Part shown: positions 19,467-27,834 of the stretch, in pieces
Layout: each line of letters starts with the position of its first letter
How positions within the stretch are numbered: the stretch's first letter is position 1
Assembly (NCBI GenBank): GCA_963828465.1
Contig: CAWHEU010000001.1
Span: forward strand, 1 to 43,502
Source of the DNA: an uncultured Acidobacteriota bacterium
GTDB lineage: Bacteria > Actinomycetota > Acidimicrobiia > Spongiisociales > ZC4RG35
Direction of reading: 5' to 3'
DNA length: 43,502 nucleotides
The notes under the pieces: generated by a model
The model's input: the letters and a program-made list of their open reading frames with translations, nothing else
The model's database searches: none
What the model was told of the DNA's origin: nothing
Translations under genes and position numbers: made by a program

Positions 19467-20338
19467 GCGTGAATCTCGACATCGAACAGATCAGGGCCCT
19501 GCGCGTCGAGGATCCTGGTGCGATCGAACGCGCTGCGGCCGCGCGGTCCCGCCGTGCTCTGACCGGGCGGATGGTCTTGATTGCCGCCGACCATCCGGCT
19601 CGGGGAGCGCTCGCCGCTCGGGGCAGACCGCAGGCGATGGCCAATCGTCAGGACCTTTTGGAGCGGCTTGTCACGGCACTCGAGCGCCCTGGCGTCGATG
19701 GCGTCCTGGGGACTCCTGACATCGTCGAGGATCTGCTGCTGCTCGGTGCCCTGGAAGACAAGATCGTCATCGGGTCGATGAATCGAGGCGGTCTGGCGGG
19801 ATCCGTGTTCGAGCTCGATGATCGATACACCGCCTACGACGCACGAACGGTGGCCGAGATGGGTCTCGATGGGGGGAAGATGCTCATCAGAATCGCCCTC
19901 GAGGATCCGGGAACGGCGCGGACCCTGGAGCACACGGCGCGGGCCGTCTCCGAGCTTGCCTCGTCAGGGCTGATGGCATTGGTCGAGCCCTTCATGTCCA
20001 ATTGGGAAGACGGGAAGCTGGTCAACGACCTTTCAGCCGATGCCGTGATCAAGTCAGTGGGGATTGCGTCCGGTCTCGGGTCGACGAGCAGTCATACGTG
20101 GCTGAAGGTACCGGTGGTCGATGACATGGAGAGGGTCATGGAGTCCACGACGATGCCGACACTGTTGCTGGGCGGAGACCCGCAGGGGTCCGACGAAGAG
20201 GTCTTCGCCAGCTGGGAGAGGGCCCTCGGGCTACCCGGGGTGCGGGGACTCGTGGTCGGTCGGGCTCTCCTCTACCCCCAGAACGACGACGTCGCTGCGG
20301 CCGTGGACGTCGCGACCGGTCTCGTCGCCAGGGCCTGA
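19463..20338 (+). CDS. Class I TIM-barrel aldolase of actinobacterial iol clusters (Cgl0159/DeoC-FbaB-like)
   Basis: IAADHPARG, GSMNRGGL, DGGKML, TWLKVP, LLLGGDP and GLVVGR motifs; GTGA overlap with iolC. Confidence 0.8.
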   Translation: MSVNLDIEQIRALRVEDPGAIERAAAARSRRALTGRMVLIAADHPARGALAARGRPQAMANRQDLLERLVTALERPGVDGVLGTPDIVEDLLLLGALEDKIVIGSMNRGGLAGSVFELDDRYTAYDARTVAEMGLDGGKMLIRIALEDPGTARTLEHTARAVSELASSGLMALVEPFMSNWEDGKLVNDLSADAVIKSVGIASGLGSTSSHTWLKVPVVDDMERVMESTTMPTLLLGGDPQGSDEEVFASWERALGLPGVRGLVVGRALLYPQNDDVAAAVDVATGLVARA

Positions 20339-20355
20339 ATCGGGTTTTCAGCCGA

Positions 20356-20838
20356 TCAGTCCAGGAAGTTGTTGTCGTGAGCCAGGAAGAAGTCGGCCCG
20401 CTCGTCTGGTGACATCTCGTTCAGATGGTTGAGGCCTTCGAAGTACTGCTCGCGCGGCGCGCCGGGGGCGAAGTGGATGAGCATCGAGGCAGGCGCGCCA
20501 GACTCGTTGCTGAAGCCGTGGATCCCGCCGGGTGGGACGTGGGCGAAGTCGCCGACGCCGGCATCAACCCATTCCTCGCCGTCATAGATCCGCACCGTGC
20601 CGGTGAGGATGTAGAAGGACTCGGCCATCGTTCGGTGGAAGTGGGGATCCGCCCCGCCCCGGCCCGGGCCCATCGACCATCGATAGAGCCCGAACAGGCC
20701 ACCAGTCGTGGCACCGGTGGCGAGGTATTGCACCTCGGTCCCGCTCGTGCGGACCAGGTCCGGCTCACCGCCGGCCCTCGTGATCGTTGCGGTGACGGCA
20801 GCGCCCGATGCTGTATAGAGGGGGTCTGGATAGGTCAT
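20356..20838 (-). CDS. Cupin domain protein
   Basis: PHFHRTMAESFYILTG and HVPPGGIHGF cupin motifs. Confidence 0.88.
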   Translation of the reverse strand: MTYPDPLYTASGAAVTATITRAGGEPDLVRTSGTEVQYLATGATTGGLFGLYRWSMGPGRGGADPHFHRTMAESFYILTGTVRIYDGEEWVDAGVGDFAHVPPGGIHGFSNESGAPASMLIHFAPGAPREQYFEGLNHLNEMSPDERADFFLAHDNNFLD

Positions 20839-20885
20839 GGGTTTGACGTTCGCTACGTTACGCGTGACTTGAAAAAGGAGAACGG

Positions 20886-21917
20886 ATGACCGCGGAGTCT
20901 CCGACCCTGGCCGATCAAGTCAGCAAGCTCTATGACCTGATCGCCGGGTACCACGCCACCCACATGATCGAAATCGGGCACAAGCTCGGTGCATGGGCCG
21001 CCCTCACCGAGGATCCCGGTCTCACCTCCGCCGAACTCGCTGCCCGCCTTGCCACCGACGACTTCTACACCGATGTCATGTGTCGCACCGCCTTCGCCTT
21101 CGAGATCGTCGATCGTGACGGGGCCGGCTGGCGAATGGGGCCGCATTTCGAGCAGATCCTCGGAGATCCAGAATCGAGCTTCTATCTGGCTTCCGCCGCC
21201 GGGGTTCACATGGAAGTCGGAAAGGACTACCCGGACTACTTGCGTCATTTCCGGGATGGCACAGTCCGTCCGTACCAGGAACACGATGAGGCCTTCATGC
21301 GTGAGGTCGCCGAGGCACTCAAGGCACTGCCGCGCATCTTCCTCGATCTGGTGCTGCCCCAACTTCCGGTTTTGGAGCAGCGTCTCGAGGACGGTGCCAG
21401 GGTGCTGGACGTGGGCTGCGGTGGGGGATGGGCGGTGGTGCAGATCGCCGAGCGCTTTTCGGGCGTTACTTGTCTCGGCGTCGATGTCGAGCCCTATTCG
21501 GTCGGGCTTGCGCAGCAGCTCATCTCCGATCGAGGTCTCGCCAAGCGCTGCGAAGCGCGTTTGATCAGCGTCGACCAAATAGGTGAGGCAGGCACATTCG
21601 ACATCGCGACCAGCTTCCTGGTCGTCCACGAGATCGCTCCGCCGCTGAAACCAGGAGCCTTCGCCGCGGTGGCGAGGGCCCTCAAGCCGGGCGGCTACTT
21701 CCTCATCTTCGACGAGGTCTACCCGGTCTCCGACGATGCACTTCGCACCATGCCTACGCGCTTTGCAGCGCTGGCCCAGTGGTACGAGTTGACCTGGGGA
21801 AACGTTGTCGATACCCGCGCCGGTCTCGAAGAGCTATGCAATCATGCGGGTCTCCAGGTGATCGACGAGACGGGCTTCTCCCGGTTCCACATCGTGGTCG
21901 CAGAGAAGCCCGAATAG
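20886..21917 (+). CDS. Class I SAM-dependent methyltransferase with N-terminal wHTH (Rv2258c-like)
   Basis: VLDVGCGGG, FLVVHE and ALKPGG motifs; AAGGAG RBS. Confidence 0.88.
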   Translation: MTAESPTLADQVSKLYDLIAGYHATHMIEIGHKLGAWAALTEDPGLTSAELAARLATDDFYTDVMCRTAFAFEIVDRDGAGWRMGPHFEQILGDPESSFYLASAAGVHMEVGKDYPDYLRHFRDGTVRPYQEHDEAFMREVAEALKALPRIFLDLVLPQLPVLEQRLEDGARVLDVGCGGGWAVVQIAERFSGVTCLGVDVEPYSVGLAQQLISDRGLAKRCEARLISVDQIGEAGTFDIATSFLVVHEIAPPLKPGAFAAVARALKPGGYFLIFDEVYPVSDDALRTMPTRFAALAQWYELTWGNVVDTRAGLEELCNHAGLQVIDETGFSRFHIVVAEKPE

Positions 21918-21931
21918 TCGACCGCCGTGGA

Positions 21932-22246
21932 TCACATGTCGAGAGTCTCGGCGACCTCGATCGTCCCGCCCGACGGCAGTTGCGGCGAGCCCTTGGCGAA
22001 GACCAGGGCCTGCTCGAGGCTGTCTGCGCTGATGATCGAATAGCCGGTCACCGGGTTGGCGCCGCCGCCCTGCGTGGTCGACCCATCAGTCGCGACGGTG
22101 GCCGATGCCCCGGTCGGGTGCCCTTGATCGACGACCGCCGTGCCCAGACCCTCGAGCCATTCATTCCACGCCTGCATCACGGCCGCCCCCTCCTCTTCCG
22201 ACTCCGGGGCACTTCCGCCGTGATAGACGAACAAGAACTTGGCCAT
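21932..22246 (-). CDS. YciI/DGPF-like small protein
   Basis: MAKFLFVYHGG, WNEWL, VTGYSII and GGTIEV pattern; AAGGAG RBS. Confidence 0.75.
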   Translation of the reverse strand: MAKFLFVYHGGSAPESEEEGAAVMQAWNEWLEGLGTAVVDQGHPTGASATVATDGSTTQGGGANPVTGYSIISADSLEQALVFAKGSPQLPSGGTIEVAETLDM

Positions 22247-22378
22247 TGCATCTCCTTTTCGCACGGCCACCTTGTGTGGCCTGTCCACCTAGAGACGAAC
22301 GAGGCTGACGCTTTTCGACAGCCGATGTCCAGGCAATTTCGTCGTAGTGGCCGGGCGATAACTACCGTCCCGTCGCCG

Positions 22379-22996
22379 ATGAAGTTCAGGATCGTCCCCA
22401 CCAGTCGGGAATTCTTCGACGATTTCTCCTTGGCAGCGCAGAACATCGCCACCTGTGTGGACAAACTCAACGATGTCCTCGCCGACACAGCCCATGCGGC
22501 GGAGCTCCACGTTGCCGTCAAGGAGGTCGAGCGGGCCGGTGACGAGTACACCTCGCGCATTCTCACCAGACTCGACTCGACGTTTGTCACCCCGTTCGAT
22601 CCTGAGGACATCCAGCGGTTGGCGCAGGGGATCGACGACGTGGTCGACGACATCTACCACGTGTCTGAGATGGTGGTGCTCACCAACATCACCAAACTGA
22701 TCCCCGAGGTTCCGGAACAGGTGGAAGTGCTCACGCAGATGGCCTCGAAGATTGTCGAGCTCTTCGACCGTTTCGAGGATATGAGAGGCCTCCGTCAGAT
22801 CATCAGCGAGATAGAAGGTCTGGAGACCGAGGGAAATCGCATCTACCGAAGAGCTGTAGCCCGACTCTTCTCCGGGGAGATGGAACCGGTCGATGTCATC
22901 CGCTGGAAGGACATCGTCGAGTCGCTCGAGGCAGTGCTGGACCGAATCGAGGACATGACGAACATCGTCACCACGATCGTCGTCAAGCAGGCCTGA
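22379..22996 (+). CDS. DUF47 phosphate transport regulator (PhoU-like)
   Basis: EVERAGD, LDSTFVTPFDPED, IDDVVD and VIRWKDI motifs; directly upstream of a Pit gene. Confidence 0.88.
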   Translation: MKFRIVPTSREFFDDFSLAAQNIATCVDKLNDVLADTAHAAELHVAVKEVERAGDEYTSRILTRLDSTFVTPFDPEDIQRLAQGIDDVVDDIYHVSEMVVLTNITKLIPEVPEQVEVLTQMASKIVELFDRFEDMRGLRQIISEIEGLETEGNRIYRRAVARLFSGEMEPVDVIRWKDIVESLEAVLDRIEDMTNIVTTIVVKQA

Positions 22997-23009
22997 GGGA
23001 GCATCGATC

Positions 23010-24002
23010 GTGGAGATCGGCGCGATCATCGTCATCCTCGTCGCGCTGGCATTCGACTTCACCAACGGATTCCACGACGCCGCCAACTCGATCGCGACGG
23101 TGGTGTCGACCAGAGTGCTATCGCCTCGCTATGCGGTGATATGGGCGGCGTTTTTCAACTTCGTCGCCTTTCTCATCTTCAGCACCCACGTGGCAAACAC
23201 CATCGCCAAAGACGTGGTTGTGCAGGAGGCCCTCACCGTAGGGGTGATCTTCGCCGGACTCCTCGGTGCGATCGCCTGGAACCTCCTGACGTTCTGGCTC
23301 GGCCTCCCCACAAGCTCGTCACACGCCCTCGTTGGTGGCATGGCAGGTGCGGCGGTGGTGCGGGGCGGTTTCGATGTCCTGATATCCGAAGGGCTGGCGA
23401 CCATCGGCGCCTTCATCGTTTTGTCGCCATTGGTCGGGCTCGCTATCGGCCTGTTGTTGACCGTGATCATCCAGTGGGTGTTTCACCGCGAGAAGAACCT
23501 GCAGCGATTGAACAAGGGCTTCCGACGTGGTCAGCTCGTTTCGGCGGCCGCCTTCAGCCTGGGACATGGCGGCAATGACGCCCAAAAGACGATGGGGATC
23601 ATCCTGGCGGTCCTCATCGCGGTCGGGAGCCTCCCCGCGGATGCCGAAGTGCCGTTGTGGGTCGTCCTCTCCGCACACACGGCGATCGCGCTAGGGACCC
23701 TCTTCGGCGGATGGCGGATCGTGAAGACGATGGGGTTCAAGCTCACCAGGCTGCAGCCTTCGGGTGGTGTTGCCGCCGAGAGCGCTGCCGCCGCCACACT
23801 CTTCTTTGCCTCGGCACAGGGCATTCCGGTCTCGACGACGCACACCATCACCGGGGCGATCGTCGGAGTGGGCGCTTCCCGGCGTATGTCGGCGGTGCGT
23901 TGGCGGGTTGCCGGCAGGGTGCTGTGGGCGTGGATCTTCACGATCCCGGGGGCGGCCATCGTCGCCGGCATATTCTCGCTGATCGTGGAAGCGCTGGCAT
24001 GA
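23010..24002 (+). CDS. pitA: Inorganic phosphate transporter, PiT family
   Basis: FDFTNGFHDAANSIAT, PTSSSHAL, HGGNDAQKTMG and PVSTTH motifs. Confidence 0.93.
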   Translation: MEIGAIIVILVALAFDFTNGFHDAANSIATVVSTRVLSPRYAVIWAAFFNFVAFLIFSTHVANTIAKDVVVQEALTVGVIFAGLLGAIAWNLLTFWLGLPTSSSHALVGGMAGAAVVRGGFDVLISEGLATIGAFIVLSPLVGLAIGLLLTVIIQWVFHREKNLQRLNKGFRRGQLVSAAAFSLGHGGNDAQKTMGIILAVLIAVGSLPADAEVPLWVVLSAHTAIALGTLFGGWRIVKTMGFKLTRLQPSGGVAAESAAAATLFFASAQGIPVSTTHTITGAIVGVGASRRMSAVRWRVAGRVLWAWIFTIPGAAIVAGIFSLIVEALA

Positions 24003-24202
24003 ACGACCGCAGGGCGTATTTCTTCCTGGCAGCGGCACTCGCGGTTCTCGCGGTTCAAGGGCTCGTGCCCCAGTACCGCTGGTTGACCCTTTCCGTGGCG
24101 ACCCTCTACCTGGTCTTCGCCCTGGCCTTTGCCACCGCCAATCTCTCGGCTAGGCGAGCTTCGATCAAAAAACGCCAATCGCTGGACCGGTCGGGCAGTT
24201 AG
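23999..24202 (+). CDS. Small two-TM hypothetical protein (67 aa)
   Basis: ATGA overlap with the pit stop; two hydrophobic segments and a basic tail. Confidence 0.55.
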   Translation: MNDRRAYFFLAAALAVLAVQGLVPQYRWLTLSVATLYLVFALAFATANLSARRASIKKRQSLDRSGS

Positions 24203-24208
24203 GTTCGG

Positions 24209-24649
24209 TCAGGTCGAGGAGGGGGAGTCCTGGAGGCTTTGGCGTTTGCCGCCTGACCTGAGGACGCCTACTCCCAGACCGATCAGGGCCACGGCAAGGA
24301 GGACTGCACCGATGCGGGTTAGCAAGGTCCCGGAGGAGGACCCCCCTTCTTCGCCGACGAGCATGTGGAGGAAGAAACCTCCCGACTGAAGGAGGATGCC
24401 GGTCAAGAGGGTCAGCCCGAGCAGTCGCTGGCGCGGGGCATCGAAATCGGTTCTGTCCATCAGCACGAAGTAGACCAGAGCGAGGGTTAGCAGTACCCCG
24501 GCGTGGGCGTGTCCGGCCCGGAAGAACTGCTCTTCGAACTCGCTGATGGCCCCCTGGCTGGTCAACATGCCCAGCAGCGACCAGCCGCCGAATTCGACGG
24601 TCACGATGGCGAAGAGTGTGAAGGCGATCATTCGCGAGGTGGGTCTCAT
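24209..24649 (-). CDS. Four-TM hypothetical membrane protein with FFRAGHAHAGVL motif
   Basis: AGAAGGAG RBS; ATGA overlap with the upstream gene; hydrophobic. Confidence 0.78.
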   Translation of the reverse strand: MRPTSRMIAFTLFAIVTVEFGGWSLLGMLTSQGAISEFEEQFFRAGHAHAGVLLTLALVYFVLMDRTDFDAPRQRLLGLTLLTGILLQSGGFFLHMLVGEEGGSSSGTLLTRIGAVLLAVALIGLGVGVLRSGGKRQSLQDSPSST

Positions 24650-25371
24650 CGGGTTTCTCCTTCTGTTGATAGTCCGCGGGCGCGACGGATAAGCGATGTG
24701 CCGAGTGCGAGCAGCCAGATCGTGATGACAGTCGGCCCGATGATGGTGAGGATCCTCGAGGCCGCGGTCGGCTCTCCAGCGAAGGCCTGGATCAGGCCTG
24801 CACCGATCGATAGGACACCCGCTGCCACCGCAACCCATCCGAACCATTTCGGGTAGTCGTCACCGACGGCCACAGCCAACCCAAACAGGATGAAAGTGGC
24901 GCCGGCGAACACGAAGTTGAAGAGACTGGCGAGGGAGAAGTTGATCGTCTCGTTGGCGGCGAGGATGCGGAGCGCGGTGGCCTGCTGATCCGGAGGCGCC
25001 AGCGCCCACTCCTCGGCCAACTGTCGGGCTCCCACCCCATCCATGATGACCAATACGAGGCCGACGGTCACGCCGACCACCGCCGCGAGAATCCCGAACT
25101 CGGCCAACACCCGCGGGAGCGTCCCCGTGATCGAGCGGAACAGCGCATACATCCCCAAGAGCATCAGAAAGATCCCCGAGACGATGATCAGATGGAGAGG
25201 GACCCACGAGCCCGACCCCGCGATCACCTCGGCGGTGCCCAACGGATCGCCGATCGGGGTTTGAGGATGGAGGAGGTTCCCGACCATTCCCAGGAGAGAT
25301 CCGACGACGGCTGCCCATCCTCCGATCTTGAGCACCCACTGCTGATGTGTCGTGGGAGTGAGAGTCTGCAT
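24646..25371 (-). CDS. Multi-TM membrane protein (DUF4386-like)
   Basis: About six hydrophobic segments; GNLLHP and WVPLH; AAGGAG RBS. Confidence 0.75.
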   Translation of the reverse strand: MQTLTPTTHQQWVLKIGGWAAVVGSLLGMVGNLLHPQTPIGDPLGTAEVIAGSGSWVPLHLIIVSGIFLMLLGMYALFRSITGTLPRVLAEFGILAAVVGVTVGLVLVIMDGVGARQLAEEWALAPPDQQATALRILAANETINFSLASLFNFVFAGATFILFGLAVAVGDDYPKWFGWVAVAAGVLSIGAGLIQAFAGEPTAASRILTIIGPTVITIWLLALGTSLIRRARGLSTEGETR

Positions 25372-25393
25372 GGTTGCACTCCTTCGCCAGATA

Positions 25394-25413
25394 TATCACA
25401 ATGACATGTGATA
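25394..25413. promoter_or_regulatory. Probable PadR operator
   Basis: Perfect inverted repeat TATCACA-N6-TGTGATA between the divergent genes. Confidence 0.6.
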
Positions 25414-25418
25414 CAGGA

Positions 25419-25448
25419 ACATTACGACCCACCACTGTGTCATGTCAA
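25419..25448 (-). promoter_or_regulatory. Housekeeping-sigma promoter for the leftward membrane-protein operon
   Basis: On the minus strand: TTGACA (25443-25448), 18-bp spacer, TAATGT (25419-25424). Confidence 0.55.
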
Positions 25449-25468
25449 GAGGTCAGAAAGACGAACAG

Positions 25469-25993
25469 ATGTCCCGTCCCCTGAATGCCACCGCAGCGTC
25501 TCTTCTCGGATTCCTCCACGATGGGCCGATGACTGGATGGGACCTCGTGGCCGTAGCCCAACAACGCATTGGTGATTTTTGGTCTCTGACCCAGAGCCAG
25601 GTTTACCGAGAGTTGGCGACCATGGCCGATCAAGGCCTCGTCGAGGCGGGGGAGAGGGGCAGCCGGGACAAGCGTCCATATGCGATCACGCCGGCTGGGC
25701 GGTCCGCCTTCCGGGACTGGGTGGAACGGATGCCCGGGGACGAGACGATCAGATTCCCTCTCCTGCTCACCCTGGCCTTCGGCCGCCACCTCCCGCCCGA
25801 CCGGCTGACGACCATGCTCGAACAGCATCGTCTCATTCACTCAGAGCGACTGCGTGCCTACGGCCTGCAACAGGAGGAGGTGGAGGCGATGGGAGATCCC
25901 TATGCCCGGGCCACGCTCGACTTTGGCATCACCTATGAGAAAGCGGTTCTCGAGTGGTTCGACCGGCTACCCAAGGACCTGTCTGGGAAATGA
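25469..25993 (+). CDS. PadR family transcriptional regulator (with C-terminal Vir_act_alpha_C-like domain)
   Basis: LLGFLHDGPMTGWDL, FWSLTQSQVYREL and RPYAITPAG motifs. Confidence 0.9.
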   Translation: MSRPLNATAASLLGFLHDGPMTGWDLVAVAQQRIGDFWSLTQSQVYRELATMADQGLVEAGERGSRDKRPYAITPAGRSAFRDWVERMPGDETIRFPLLLTLAFGRHLPPDRLTTMLEQHRLIHSERLRAYGLQQEEVEAMGDPYARATLDFGITYEKAVLEWFDRLPKDLSGK

Positions 25994-26011
25994 GGGAGTC
26001 TGTGGCCGAGC

Positions 26012-26722
26012 TCAGTCCGCCGCCCGCTGCCGTGTCGCTTCGAGACCCTCGAGGATCAAGTCGAGCCCGAACTCGAACTCGAATTGGTCATCGCACCAGC
26101 CCAATGTCGAATCTGGATCTTCGTGGGCGACCTCCATCATCATTCCCGTCAGGTGCGGGAACTGATCGGCCATCTCGGCCATCGCCTCCATCATGTCCTC
26201 GTCGCCCTCGTCGGCGTTCTCTGGCTCGAACAGTTCCTGGGTGAAGCCCAAGCCGCGGCTGCCCAGAGCGTGCAAGGCGTGATGGGCCAGGTCGTATGAG
26301 AAGCCTCCATCGTGCAACACCCCGAGCAGCTCGTCGAAGTAGCGCATCGTCGTCGGGCCTATTGCGGCTCGCGTCTCGATCAGTCGCGAAGCCCAGCGGT
26401 GTCGGAGCAGGACCTCCCGGGCAGCGAGGATCCTCGAGCGCATCGCCGCCTTCCAATCCTCGGTCGCCGGAGGACCATCCACCGCGCTGACGGCCAGGTT
26501 GATCTCATGCATGATCACCTCCACCACACCGTCGAGGACCGCCTCCTTGTTGGCCACGTGGTAATAGAGCGACATCGCCTCGGCGCCCAATTCACGGGCC
26601 AGGTTGCGCATGGTGAGGGCGTCGATGCCTTCCCGGTCGGCCAGGTCGACTGCGGCGCGCAGGACTCGCTCCCGTGTCAATGGATCACGGGCTCTGGGCC
26701 TCGGCTCGGTCTGCGTTGCCAT
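26012..26722 (-). CDS. TetR family transcriptional regulator (TetR_C)
   Basis: LTRERVLRAAVDLADREG, TMRNLARELG, AMSLYYHV and FEFGLDLILEGL motifs. Confidence 0.93.
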   Translation of the reverse strand: MATQTEPRPRARDPLTRERVLRAAVDLADREGIDALTMRNLARELGAEAMSLYYHVANKEAVLDGVVEVIMHEINLAVSAVDGPPATEDWKAAMRSRILAAREVLLRHRWASRLIETRAAIGPTTMRYFDELLGVLHDGGFSYDLAHHALHALGSRGLGFTQELFEPENADEGDEDMMEAMAEMADQFPHLTGMMMEVAHEDPDSTLGWCDDQFEFEFGLDLILEGLEATRQRAAD

Positions 26723-26738
26723 CGGTCTCCGATTCTAA

Positions 26739-26819
26739 TCGTACGAGGTAAGTCTGAAGGGGACTTGACAGCCTTACGTCGTACGAGGTACCTTACACCA
26801 TACGACTTACAACGTACGA
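26739..26819. promoter_or_regulatory. Four-copy TetR operator array overlapping divergent promoters
   Basis: Motif CTTACnnCRTACGA at 26739-26752 (minus), 26773-26786, 26792-26805 and 26806-26819. Rightward TTGACA (26765-26770) N18 TACCTT; leftward -10 TAGAAT at 26732-26737. Confidence 0.75.
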
Positions 26820-26837
26820 GTGACAGAGGAGGTCATC

Positions 26838-27809
26838 GTGAAGGCAATCGTGCAGGACATATACGGCTCGGCCGACGTGCTCGAGTTGAGGGACATCGAT
26901 CCGCCGGTCATCGGCGACGACGAGGTCCTTTTGCAGGTCCATGCCGCTGGTGTCGAACCTGGCGTGTGGCACATCATGACCGGGCTGCCCTATCTGGTCC
27001 GGGTCATGGGCTACGGCCTGACCAAGCCGAAGTACCCGGTGCGGGGGCGGGATGTCGCCGGGCGTGTCGAAGCGGTCGGAGCCGCAGTAACAAAATTCCA
27101 ACCCGGGGATGAGGTCTTTGGGACCTGCGAGGGCTCCTTCGCCGAGTACGCCGCGGCCCGTGAGGACAAGCTGGCACTGAAGCCGGGCAATTTGAGTTTC
27201 GAGGAGGCGGCCGTGATCCCCATCTCGGGGATGACCGCACTCCAGGCCCTGCGTGACAAGGGACAGGTGAAACCGGGACACAAGGTGCTGATCATCGGTG
27301 CCGGTGGCGGCGTGGGCACGTTCGCAGTCCAGCTGGCCAAGGCGTTCGGTGCCGAGGTCACCGGGGTGTGCAGCGCATCCAAGGTGGATCTGGTCGAGTC
27401 GATCGGCGCCGATCACGTCATCGACTACACACGTGAGGATTTTGCAGATAGCCCGGTCCGGTATGACCTCATCATCGACAACGCCGGCAATCGGTCCCTT
27501 TCTCAGCTCCGGGGCGCCCTTGCCCCCGAGGGGACCCTCGTCATTGTCGGGGGCGAGAATGGTGGGGCCTGGGTCGGTCCCGCCGATCGGATCATCCCCG
27601 TGGCTGTGCTCTCGCCGTTCGTCAAGCAGAAGCTGCTGGCGTTGATGGCGACGGAACGTCAGGAAGACCTCCGGGCCCTGGCTGAGATGGCAGAGGCCGG
27701 GAAGTTCAAGCCGGCCTTGGACCGGACCTACCCGCTCGTCGAGGCACCCGATGCGGTCCGATACGTGGGCGAGGGGCACGCCCGGGGCAAGGTCGTCGTC
27801 ACGATCTGA
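26838..27809 (+). CDS. NAD(P)-dependent MDR / quinone-oxidoreductase-like protein
   Basis: YGSADVLEL, GRDVAGRV, GAGGGVG and GHARGKVV motifs; GAGGAGG RBS with GTG start. Confidence 0.9.
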   Translation: MKAIVQDIYGSADVLELRDIDPPVIGDDEVLLQVHAAGVEPGVWHIMTGLPYLVRVMGYGLTKPKYPVRGRDVAGRVEAVGAAVTKFQPGDEVFGTCEGSFAEYAAAREDKLALKPGNLSFEEAAVIPISGMTALQALRDKGQVKPGHKVLIIGAGGGVGTFAVQLAKAFGAEVTGVCSASKVDLVESIGADHVIDYTREDFADSPVRYDLIIDNAGNRSLSQLRGALAPEGTLVIVGGENGGAWVGPADRIIPVAVLSPFVKQKLLALMATERQEDLRALAEMAEAGKFKPALDRTYPLVEAPDAVRYVGEGHARGKVVVTI

Positions 27810-27834
27810 TGGGACCGTCGATCAGGACCTCGCT

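Noticed and set aside
21779-22378. 200-aa N-terminal extension on DUF47
   Set aside because: It overlaps the methyltransferase end and the antisense YciI-like gene; family similarity begins at ATG 22379.
26739-26819. Mini-CRISPR or iteron array
   Set aside because: The repeats are 14 bp with irregular 0-20 bp spacing and overlap promoters between tetR and its target; there are no cas or rep genes.
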